DNA of 64,000 nt, taken from the IMG/VR virus record IMGVR_UViG_3300021387_000075; one strand, given 5' to 3'. Shown piece by piece: positions 32,871-43,343 of the stretch. Origin of the DNA: a virus. Taxonomy: Duplodnaviria; Caudoviricetes. The translations under genes were made by a program, and so were the position numbers. Positions within the stretch are counted from its first letter, which is position 1. Every line of letters begins with the position of its first letter. The notes beneath the pieces are model-generated. The model did no database searches. It was not told the DNA's origin and was given only the letters and a program-made list of their open reading frames with translations.

Positions 32871-32943
32871 TTGCACAGACAAGAATCGAACTTGCATTTG
32901 TTGGGTATGAGCCAACTGTCCTAAGCCTTTAGACGACCGTGCG
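32871..32943 (-). tRNA. tRNA-Met(CAT), initiator-like C1:A72 mismatch
   Basis: Loop CTCATAC; only two of the three initiator G-C pairs in the anticodon stem. Confidence 0.85.
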
Positions 32944-33159
32944 ATATAAAGAGGTCAACTTGTCGCGACCAAGCTGACCGAGGTAATCTCAGCTACAGAA
33001 ACCTTATCATAAGCGCACCTTCTGCCGAGTCACCAATACGCGGCGACCCGCTGGACTTGAACCAGTTCTCTATGCATAGGCTGTCCCTCTTCTCAGATCG
33101 ACCCTGAGATACGGCCACAACTTCTTGTAAATACGTGCCAGTTGTCAGCACAATCGCGA

Positions 33160-33230
33160 TGCCCTCAGAGGATTCGAACCTTCATTTCCGCCACTGGCGT
33201 TGTTTTCTCCAACTTAAACTATCTTTGGGC
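33160..33230 (-). other. tRNA-like element with truncated anticodon arm
   Basis: D-arm and T-arm (GGTTCGAATCC) present; anticodon arm is CGCC-AGT-GGCG. Confidence 0.55.
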
Positions 33231-33743
33231 ATATTAGATAGACTATTGCGAACTTGCGGTCTATCAGCGCGGCACCTTTTTTACGTGGGTCGTGTATCCA
33301 CGGAGGTTGCTCGTCGCAACCCGCTTCTATGAGCGGCCTCACATTTATTTATACTCGTAAGCTCTACCGAGTGTTTTGGCCTACACATCGTGACGGGGGT
33401 AGTTGATGAAGCTACTTCCTTTTCAGTTTGGGGAGCGACCCCAAGAGCTGGCCGGGACTACCAATCCTTTTCCCTGCCCTCCCGTTTTTCAGCCAAGTTA
33501 CCAATTCATCGACTGGACTACTAATGTTTATACTCGGTGTCACCGAGTTCCATACGTATGTACCGTTTGCACTGCCTACATCTCGCTGCGTTGCGTAACG
33601 GGTGAAATCTTCCGCGACCTAGCCGGCACCTTTTGATGTTCTCGGACATCAGCGTGTGGGGAGTCTAGATATACCTTCTCACTGAACCGCTCGACTAAAT
33701 ATTTTACTTGTACTAGCGAGAGACAAGTCCCTAACAGGGAAAC

Positions 33744-33799
33744 TAGGCGCGATGCAATCTTCTGTTAATAAGCATTATAAATAGTGCTGTGTGCGCCTA
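33744..33799 (-). ncRNA. ACAGC-bulge stem RNA
   Basis: TAGGCGC-ACACAGCA...GCGCCTA. Confidence 0.55.
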
Positions 33800-33803
33800 A
33801 AAG

Positions 33804-33877
33804 TAGGGTATCAGAGGCTCGAACTCTGCATCTTTGGTTTATAAGACCACTGCACTAACCTACTGTGCTAATACCCA
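33804..33877 (-). tRNA. tRNA-Ile(TAT)
   Basis: Loop CTTATAA; A73. Confidence 0.85.
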
Positions 33878-34574
33878 TCACTCCTAATCTAATTCTTTTG
33901 GAAAATACTTAGCAAGTCCATCCGTAGAATATCCTACTGCACGTAAGAACATTACAAAGCTATCACAAACATCCTGAAGATGGACTCCATCAGCCTTAGA
34001 AGTACTAATTTCTACATCGGTATCAGCCATTTCCTTATTTTCATCCTCAAAAGTATACCAGAATCTAATTGTTTCCATCTCTTACTCCTTTATTATAACT
34101 CAATTTTGTTCTTTTGTCAAATAATCACTTTCCCAATCTTCAAGTGACCATTCTTCATCTTCAAGTTCTTCCCAAGAGAAATTCATAATGAAATCATCTA
34201 ACATTCTCATCTCTCCCTTCCTTATGTATATATTATAACAAAATTTTGAAAAAAAGTCAAATAAAAAATCCCGTAATTTTAATAAGTCTATTTGCGATAG
34301 CTCCTAAATTACGGGAGGTGCGCCCGCAGGTTCGCAACTCCTCGGGTGCGGACGAAGTGTCGTGTCGTCATACGTCCCATTAACTCGCAGAGAAATAGAG
34401 TGTACTGTTGACGGTGTACAAGTATCCGGCATTATATTCTTATATCGTTGGCCTACTGCCGGCTCGCAATCTGTCATCCTAGGCTGACTTATACGGGGTA
34501 ATGGCTCCCGGGTAGCATACGTGCTTGCCTGCGTCCTTACTTTTATCGCGATTAGGGAAGTAAGAGAACCTAAG

Positions 34575-34645
34575 AGCACCATGCGAGACTTGAACTCGCC
34601 GCATCTGCTTGGAAGGCAGACATATTACCGCTATACGAATGGTGC
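34575..34645 (-). tRNA. tRNA-Gly(TCC)
   Basis: Loop CTTCCAA; U73. Confidence 0.93.
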
Positions 34646-34651
34646 AAATAC

Positions 34652-34714
34652 TCGGCACACTGATAATTTCCTGTTATCTAAAATGGTGGAAAATATATTT
34701 GCTGTATGTGTCGA
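34652..34714 (-). ncRNA. ACAGC-bulge stem RNA
   Basis: TCGACACA-TACAGCAA...TGTGCCGA. Confidence 0.55.
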
Positions 34715-34799
34715 TAATTTTATTCCCTAAAGGAATAAAACTGGCTGGATGTTAGGCCATCCTTATCTCGTTTCAGTAGCTAACCGTCCGCTTCCCACG

Positions 34800-34887
34800 C
34801 TGCCCCTCTGGGACTCGAACCCAGATTACCCCTTCAGAGGGTATAACGGTTTTAGAGACCGGCGGTTTACCATTAGCCTAAGGGGCA
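34800..34887 (-). tRNA. Amber suppressor tRNA (anticodon CTA), probably Gln
   Basis: TGCCCCT/AGGGGCA acceptor (U1-A72, G73), loop CTCTAAA, long variable arm. Confidence 0.92.
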
Positions 34888-34926
34888 AAAGAACGGACTG
34901 ATTACGGCTCAGTCCAAGCCGTTCAG

Positions 34927-35265
34927 TCACCAATTAAAAGCATATTTGAATACATCAAATAGAGAAGGAACTTCATCGGCATCTGTCACAGTATAATGAT
35001 AGGTGCCATATTTCTTACAGAAAGCTTCCAGTTCGTTTCTATAAGCTTTCTGCGCTTCTAGATAAGCCTTGCGCGCGGTTTCGACTTTATCAGCCATTAC
35101 CTTGCGCTCGGCCGCGAGAGCTTCTTTCTTTTCCTTTTCTTCTCTCAATGCCTTTTCTTTTTGAATCCTTGCGAGATTCTCCTGTTCTTTAACCTTGAAT
35201 TCAGCCTCCATACACTCTCGCTCTGTGTCGAAAACCTTGTTCAATTTTTCAGAATAGTACTTCAT
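34927..35265 (-). CDS. Coiled-coil hypothetical protein
   Basis: ORF track; GGGAGG RBS; promoter at 35337-35365. Confidence 0.75.
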   Translation of the reverse strand: MKYYSEKLNKVFDTERECMEAEFKVKEQENLARIQKEKALREEKEKKEALAAERKVMADKVETARKAYLEAQKAYRNELEAFCKKYGTYHYTVTDADEVPSLFDVFKYAFNW

Positions 35266-35361
35266 ACTTACTACCTCCCTATGTAGTAAAATTTTTTATT
35301 ACAAAGTAAGTTCCTTTCCTTACTCTGTATACATATATTATAGCAGAATTTTTAGAAAATG

Positions 35362-36651
35362 TCAAATACTTAATTGTAATAATTCATCATATTCTTCATC
35401 TGAAATAATTTGAGTGGCGATATTTCGCGGTAGATAAACTGGCATTCGTTTCTCACGATTATGCGCCCGATAATAGGTATTCCAATAATAGGTATTCGCA
35501 AGCATATTGGCGCGATGCATCCAACATATATTAGTACTGCGTTTATTGTAAGAGCCAGTTTCCTAGTAGTTCCACGCGCTACACCATGCACACCCTGCGG
35601 CGATAGGGCAATCTATACATTCTTGCGTAGATTGAGATTGTCGCGTAACCTTTTGCATATCATCATATATAGCTTTAGTTTCAGGAGTGTTATAAATACC
35701 ATCAGCATTTCCAATAATTATTGGCTCACGATCTGTGCCAAGGGAACTCGGCATATAACGTAAGCACGGATAAGCTTTTCCTTCTGGATCAAATGCTAAC
35801 ATAGCAGATGTGCCACCGCACCAATTCCAAGTATCAGTCGATAATAGAGGACGGCCACGATTCTCAGCAAATAATGAACTTTCTGCGCCTTCAGTTTGTA
35901 AAAGTCGTTCGGCTAAGCGAATTAGAATACAATAATATAATTGTGCTTCTTCAATTGTCCATTTATGCTCGAATACAGGATTGGCATGAATTGTTTTACA
36001 ACCTTTACTAAGAAAAAAATCAAATATGTCTTCCATTAACTCTAAGTTTTCGGGCGAAATAGTTACCTTAGTATCCAAAGGATTGGTTCCAATTGTATGA
36101 TACCAGTGTTCCCACGCAGCCATAGCTTTATCAAAACTACCATTACCATCATAATCTACACGGCATAAGTCATGTACTTTCTTAGGGCCATCAATAGTAA
36201 CATTCATGCTTAATAAATTTTTATACTTCTAAATAAAATGCTATACTTGCGGCTAAAAATAAAGAACACCATTAGTACTAATTGAAATACGAAAGTTTGT
36301 AAGCCAAATATGATCTTTCTCTAAGCATTGTTCAATAAAGTAATCGACAATATAATCCATTACTTCAACATTCATAAAAGGTTCGCCGCCAATGAAATCT
36401 AGAATAACACCGTATGTATGATGATTTATAACAGAGTTTTCTTTATTTTCATCATAAAGTTTAAATAATAAATCAACAATTCGTTTACCGGTTTCCTTAG
36501 ACATCATAGCATGACCTTTATGGCCCTGATAACAGTAAGAACATTTAAGACAGCAGTCATCGGTTACTTGAAAAGTAATATTGCGACATATAGCCTTGGG
36601 ATCTTCTTCTATATATCTATGAATTACTTCATCAGAATAATCTTTACTCAT
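35362..36651 (-). CDS. Radical SAM/SPASM peptide maturase, CXXX-repeat-target type (copy 2, 4 TAG)
   Basis: ITFQVTDDCCLKCSYCYQ, FIGGEPF, WCGG, YPCLRY, CIDCPIAAGCAWCSAWNY[Q]; ORFs join across TAGs; TGA stop. Confidence 0.92.
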
Positions 36652-36931
36652 CTTTTATAAAAACTACTTGTTTCTTTTCAAAATCAAATTCATAACGATC
36701 CCAATCACCCGCTGGCTTATATTTCTTTTCAATATCAGTTTTTGCTTTATCTAGCTTAATCCATAAATCTACTGCCTCGTTCCACTTACGATCATAAATT
36801 TCAGTATTTGAACTTACATTATTATCGGATAGGAATTGTAGCATACTTAAATAAGCATTATGGCTCATAAACAGACGCTCGATGTTTGCGCTTTCTTCAC
36901 TAGTAATAGAAATTTCTTTTCTCATGATCAT
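36644..36931 (-). CDS. CXXX-repeat modification system partner protein (copy 2)
   Basis: ISITSEESANIERLF...YEFDF; overlaps the rSAM start. Confidence 0.7.
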   Translation of the reverse strand: MIMRKEISITSEESANIERLFMSHNAYLSMLQFLSDNNVSSNTEIYDRKWNEAVDLWIKLDKAKTDIEKKYKPAGDWDRYEFDFEKKQVVFIKDE

Positions 36932-36986
36932 TCTCCATATAAAAAAAGATATAGAATAAAGAATTATTATCCTTTATTCTATATCT

Positions 36987-37015
36987 ATTATATCAGATTT
37001 TTATATAAAAGTCAA
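36987..37015 (-). promoter_or_regulatory. Sigma-A promoter for the rSAM copy 2 operon
   Basis: TTGACT-N17-TATAAT. Confidence 0.7.
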
Positions 37016-37419
37016 ATATTTATCTTAGTCCATCCAGCTGGATAAACGGAAGGACTCCAAATATTATTATCAATAGCACTTTCATATACTTCGCCTTCAA
37101 ACATAACACGATCACCGCGCATGTAAGGATTGGTACTATCTGGCTGCTCCCATTCAGGTACTACATTTGGATCTGGAATTAAGACTTTTGCCCATAGACT
37201 TGGCGCGGCAACAGGAGTCCAAGCTTCCTGTGCGGCATGTGACTATAAACATTTATATAGGATGCCTTCATACTATACTTTATCGTCAGTTAAATATGCT
37301 GCGTTGGGCCGCCAGTTAGGAAATAACTGGACGGCTTCGAGCGCATCTTCTTCAGAAAGGGACATGGCGGCTTTTTCTATATATGGGCGAAGTTTTCGCG
37401 CGAGTTCTATTAAGGTCAT
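37012..37419 (-). CDS. CBM5/12-like carbohydrate-binding phage tail accessory protein
   Basis: LYKCL[Q]SHAAQEAWTPVAAPSLW, WEQPDSTNPYMRGDRV, NIWSPSVYPAGW. Confidence 0.8.
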
Positions 37420-37422
37420 GCG

Positions 37423-37668
37423 TTACTCCACCCCCAATAATATTTTCGTAGCTGCGAGTTCTTCTTGTAAAGAAGTTATATCCGCAGATTGTTGTAAGAG
37501 ATATTCATCTTTAGAATATTCCTTATAATTATACTTATAACCTTGTAATGTATAATTATCAAACTATTCAGTATAGGGCTCGATATTAGAAGCAATAAAT
37601 ACAGAGTTAGAAGTGATTTCAATTGGTTGTGGCTCAACTGCACCATAAATTGTACCATAGTCTTTCAT
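37423..37668 (-). CDS. Small tail-associated protein
   Basis: MKDYGTIYGAVEPQPIEIT...YSKDEYL; one TAG. Confidence 0.7.
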
Positions 37669-37673
37669 CTTCA

Positions 37674-39584
37674 TCAGCCTCCATAATGTGATTGCCATTT
37701 AGTAATATTATTAGTATAGATAGAATTTTTAGTAGGAATAAACATGATACGAGCATTAGTGCGGTTTAAGGCAGCAGCGATATTTATGTCACAGCTATAA
37801 TCAAATAGTCCAGCACTTTCCGCAGATGTATTACTTCCGCCAATTAATACTACATCTGTATTATTTAAAGAAGAATTAGTCCAGCTACTATCACCAACCG
37901 GCACAGCACTATTTGCTTTATTATTACATTTAATTGGCATATAAATATAATCATATTCATCGGCGCCAATACCCATATTAGAAATCCAGCTGTAAGACAT
38001 ATTTGGTAGAGAGAAACCTATTGAGTCTGTATCTTTATAATATGGTATACCGCCATAGGACTGTCCGTTACCTTTAATGCTAATTTTATCTACTACGCGC
38101 CATAAATCTCCCCATGGGTTCTCCATACCACGATAATTGATTGCAGTGGTGTCTTCTTGTGTTTTTTGAGTTGTAGTATTTCCAGTGATAAAAGTAGTGG
38201 TATCGGCTCGACCGCTATCATTGCCCAAACTAGATGTAGATCCAGTAATCATTATTTCACGGTCTTGAGTATTAACAACTCCCTTTCCTAAACTATATTG
38301 ACCATTTAAAGATCCAAATTCAATCATAAATAACATTTGTAAGGCTGACTCAGAATTAATATCTGTTAATTGCCACCCTTCACCACGATTGGCTGCGAGT
38401 TGTCTTAAATTATTTATAGTTAAATTTTTCCCTGCACAAATTAATGGTTGAGTATTAGCTATAGAGCTTAATTTATCATTGCTAATGTCGATATTAGTAC
38501 TATTATTTAACGCATAAGTAGATTCACTTGTATCATAAATGTTACCTTCATAAACAGGCAATAATACATAATCTAATTCTTCATCATTATTAATAAATAA
38601 AGGATGGAGCTTAAACCCAACTTTTGCCTTGGAAGAAAGCAGCAACTATTCTTTACTAATAACACGACCTTGAGGATCAGCAATTTCAGTAATAATTGTT
38701 CTCTAATAATAGAACTTGGGCTGATAAATCATTACTTGTCCATTAGAGCCATCCTCTGTATAATTTTCGTCTCCATAGAAAGCATTAATAGTACCGTCAT
38801 CTGCTACATTACAGCGCATGCGGCCACCATACATAGGATATTTATTAAAGTTAGAGCCAGCAACTAGATTGGCGGCACCATAGACACGTTCAAAATTTTT
38901 ATTATCATAGTCAATCAGTAAGCCGATACTTTCTTTATTTACAGTTCCACTGCCACCGCCATTAAGAATTGCCTCAGCAATTTCTTCCTCTGTTAGAGTA
39001 CCAGATGTGATATTGCCATTCTCATCTACTATAACTATCTTTCCTGCGGCGTCAATGCCAAGATTACTTACACCAGAACCGCTGCCGCCAGCTACTTTAG
39101 AATCTACATATGCTTTTGTAGCTACATCAGCGGCATTAGCTTTTAAATCTAATGCGGCGGTAATTGCCTTCTAAGTCATGGTCCCGTCTTCATTATTACC
39201 AGGTTGACGATACATCTTATCAATCTCAGATATTGTAGTAGCTAATCCAGATGGATTTGAAACTACCATATCTGTAACAATGGTTGAAGCATTAGTACGT
39301 TTGCTTAAAGAATAAGCAAGCTTATCCATTTCATTATGGATTTGAGTAGTATTGACTTCTTGTAATGATTCGAGAGCAGAGTTGACTTCAGTTAAAGTGG
39401 ATTGTGCATCTTGTAATACTTGCTATGCAGCTGCATTATTTTCATTTGTCTATTCTGTAATGCTTTCAATATTAGCAAGTGCTTCATTCGCGCGAGCAAC
39501 CGCCTGCTGAGACTAGGCCGCATAAGATTCAATCTACCCTTGTGGAGTTAGCGCTCGTGCTAGCATAACATCAACTATATCCAT
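37674..39584 (-). CDS. Tail-associated structural protein (TAG-recoded)
   Basis: Start 39584 is in frame with ORF 37674..38645; GFKLHPLF, MIEFG, YRGMENPWGD motifs seen in phage tail proteins. Confidence 0.7.
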
Positions 39585-39790
39585 TAAGCGCCACCTCCTA
39601 TTAAATTAACCCATTCTTTATCAGAAGTAGCCATATATACTTCTAGGCCAGCTGAACCTTTAAGTACAATAGCAACAGACCCCAAGGTCACGTACTTGGG
39701 GTCAATGTTAGCTAAATCTGCGGTTGTATCACAGATGTGTTCATATGTATTTATATTATCGGCTTGGCCGCGTTTGGACATTATTGTCAT
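39584..39790 (-). CDS. Small phage structural-region protein
   Basis: ORF track; RBS. Confidence 0.7.
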   Translation of the reverse strand: MTIMSKRGQADNINTYEHICDTTADLANIDPKYVTLGSVAIVLKGSAGLEVYMATSDKEWVNLIGGGA

Positions 39791-39792
39791 AA

Positions 39793-41298
39793 TTATTCGC
39801 CTCCATAATTATTCCATAGAGTATGTAAATGCTTAATGTCATCTTCAGATAGGGAAGTTTCATTTATTTTTAATACTTTTCCACTAGTAAGTATTAAATC
39901 ACTTTTTTTAAATTGTAAAGTACTGTCTTTATTTCCAATGGAATAAGGTTCTATAATTAAATTTGTAGATGGTGTTGTTTCTTGTACTTGAAATTTAAAT
40001 CCTTTTTGAGTAGAAGAATCATAGGAAAAAATAACCGCACTAGCTAAAAGAGTATCTTTTTCTACTATAAGCCCATAGCTATTAGTTCCACTAGTATACT
40101 AATTAATATGAATACCTGTATTTAAAGTAATAGCATTTACTGTTAAATTATCAATACTAGTTGTACCATGTAATATATTTGCGGTAGTATTAAATGTAGT
40201 AGTACCATATAAAACAGTTGAACCAGTAGCAGGCTGTTCATTTTCTTCATCTGCTGCCTTTCCAACAGTCAAATTACTAATAGTCGTAAAACCATAAATC
40301 TCATTATCTGCAGTAGTAGTAGAATCACCGACTATTAATTGATCTAATTTCCTAATCGTAGTGACGCCATTTAAAGTACTATTGGCTTTGATTGTAACTG
40401 TATGTGTATATATATTATTAGTAGGATCGTCACCTATAATTAAATTTCCTCCGATTTCAGTTGTAGGGCTAGAAATATTAGTAGTGGTATTAGAAATATT
40501 CAATCGTGTCCCAGTTAAATTAATAGTGCTACTATTTTCTTCGGAAATTATTCTTTCTCTCGGCTGATCAGCATTAATCATTTCTCCTTTCATACCTAAA
40601 TCTATTGTTTTATAGTAAGCATAAAAAACACCATTGGGAAACCATTTTGTAGATCCATCGTTTTCCTGAACTTGATTTACTTGATGATAAAAATTACTAT
40701 TTATAAAGCTATTACCATCAACAGTTAAAGAACCACTTAAGCTAGTGAAGTTTTGGCCAGTCACTGTTAATGGCCCAGCTAAAGTAGTAGCTCCATTTAT
40801 ATCGGTATTTCCTGTTATATTTACTTTTCCTGTTAAAGTAGCGGCTTCAAGAACCGCGGGCGAAGAGTTATCATACTTTCCACTAACAATTAATTTTCCT
40901 TTTATAGTAGTATCAACGGCAGTATTATCGGTTCCTACGATTAACGCGCCTTGTAAATTAGTTTCTCCATTTACCGTTAAACCAGTTCCTGTCGTGGCAG
41001 TCGCTGTAAGCGTAGTACCGCTAATTGTAGTACCGCTAATTGTAGTACCACTAATTGTCGCACCGCTAATTGCCTCCGTTGCTATAAGTGTAGTACCCTG
41101 AATCGCGCCGGCACTAATGGTTTTATCTGTACCAAGATTAGTAAAATTAACTTTATACTCCTTTGAGCCCATGGTATAGTTCGAGCCAAATGCGCTTTCA
41201 AGCGCATCTATTGCTGCCGCGACACCATTATCCATATTCTATAGTAATTGAGCAGTTATTGTCTCGCCTTTAGTCCATGTATGTGGTTGATACGTCAT
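39793..41298 (-). CDS. Tail fibre-like Thr/Gly-rich protein
   Basis: MTYQPHTWTKGETITAQLL[Q]NMDNG; ISGTT repeats; TAA at 39793. Confidence 0.75.
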
Positions 41299-41448
41299 AT
41301 CCTTTTACCTCCTCACTACCCATTAGGTAGTTCGTTATTTCTTCAAATTAAATGTCGTAATTCCATATAAAAACTTCATTAGTTGTTATTAAATAAATTA
41401 ATTTTCTGGCACTAAGAAATAGCTGCCATCTCAAAATTATAATCTATA

Positions 41449-43203
41449 TTATCTAATACGTATCCAAACGCGTCCATTTACTTCTACATTTCCACTTCCC
41501 CATCTCTCATAAGTAGGAATCTCAGAGATTGTGCCAATAATACGAGAAGGGTAAGTTTTTTCTTCTTCCGTAGTCATAATAGAAACAGTACCATTTGGAC
41601 CGGAGCATACTGGTGCGCCAATATTGTTTCTAAATTCATCTATTGATTCATAAGGATATGCTAAAACTCGTCCGCTAACCGCAAGTGGCGTAGTGCTGTT
41701 ATTTTCTTTATCTTCACCAATAGAAAAACCATAAGTATCAGTTATAATTTCGGCGCCGGCCTACAAACGACTAGTGGAAAGAGATAATGTGCCGTCACCA
41801 TTCTCTACTACACAGTGCCCTGGAGTCTATTGGGCTTTTTGCTATATATTATCTTTTCTAAATTCAGCATAATCATTCCAAATTGCTCCTGCAACAGATT
41901 GAGCGGAAAAACGACCAGTGTCTACAGTATACCAAGCGCTATAATTGCTAGTATTTTGAAAGGTACGTTCAATGACAATACCACTATAGACATTGGTTCC
42001 TGAAGGAGCATCGCCCATAACGTATAAATGTAAACGGCTATTTCCTTCTTTTGTCCTTGCGTATTCAACAATAGCCATACGATCCGCGCCATTGGCAGAA
42101 CGAAATTCAAATGTACCATATTTATGATCAGCTGGCTTAGTCTATCTTGCAACATCAGCAACATCAAAATGAATGCTTCCTGTCATATGCCCGCCAGTCA
42201 ATGGTAAATAAGGACCAGCCCATTTTACATCTCTTAGATTTTCACTATTTTTAACTAATGCCTAATTCGTTGTACCACCACTTGGCAATTCATATGTTTG
42301 ATCTACAAATTCTGGCGCGCTTGCTCCCCCTTTAGAAACTAATATCTAATTAGCGGTACCCGCTGACGTAGGAGCATAAAATGAAGCATTACTACCGGAA
42401 TTTTGAGCGCCACCATTTAAAGTAAATATGGTCTAATTTCCCTATACTGCAGTATTTGCAGCAGTACCATAGGCAACACTAATAGTATTATTACTATCAC
42501 TAAAACCATTTCCTTTAGTTTTAATGGCCATATTGCCAAATGCGCCTTGATTGCAATAAGCAAGATTAGATTTGTCGGAAGTAGTCTAATAACGTCCATC
42601 CCAATGAGCAATAAGATTGACAGTAGGAATGCCTGTATTAGCAGCCCATGTAGCTAAAGCGGTTAAAGCATTAACACTAGTCCTATCAACAATCGCGCGA
42701 GTAGTTAACGCGGCAGTAGTAGTACTACCAGACATTATTAAACTATTAGCAGCAAATTCAGTTGCACCTGTACCGCCTCTGCCCACTGTCAATGTACCGC
42801 TGGTTTTATCTGTGATACTAAGAGTAGGTATACGTGCTGCATCGAAAGTCCCACTATTAATTTTACTTGCTGCTAAATTAGGTATACGATCAACGCCCAG
42901 TGTGTCTGAAGTAATTTTATTTGCACTTAAATTAGGAATACGTGCAGAATCAAAAGTTCCGCTATTTATTTTACTAGCCGCTAAACCTGGTATCCTATCA
43001 GTGCTTAATGTATCTGAAGTAATTTTATTTGCACTTAAATTAGGAATTTCAGAAGCCGTAAGAGCTCCAGTGACTAAATTCTTATTTGCATCCGTTTTTA
43101 TAATCTACGATGCAGTTCCACTACTTAAATTTAAATTAGTAGTATAAGTTGTATCCGTAACGCGCAAGCTTCCTTGCACGACCGTCGATTTAAGTTGCGC
43201 CAT
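41449..43203 (-). CDS. Tail fibre/appendage with IPxLxAxKIxS repeats and probable C-terminal self-cleaving chaperone domain
   Basis: Repeats at ~42830-43050; GAIWNDYAEFR, SDTYGF, LAVSGRV. Confidence 0.75.
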
Positions 43204-43343
43204 AAGTTTGCGCCTCCTATTATTTAAATTAAACAATAAGGCCCCGCAACAGCAGAAGCCTTATTGGGTTAGTAGAAAATAGGCGCTAGGCTCTGCCTTC
43301 TACTATTTATATTATAACATATTTTGTAATGGGATGTCAAGTG

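Noticed and set aside
33040-33118. tRNA-Sec
   Set aside because: It has a long D-like stem but no UCA anticodon arm
42830-43050. DGR template/variable repeat pair
   Set aside because: The repeats are in-frame protein repeats within a fibre gene, and no reverse transcriptase is seen in the window
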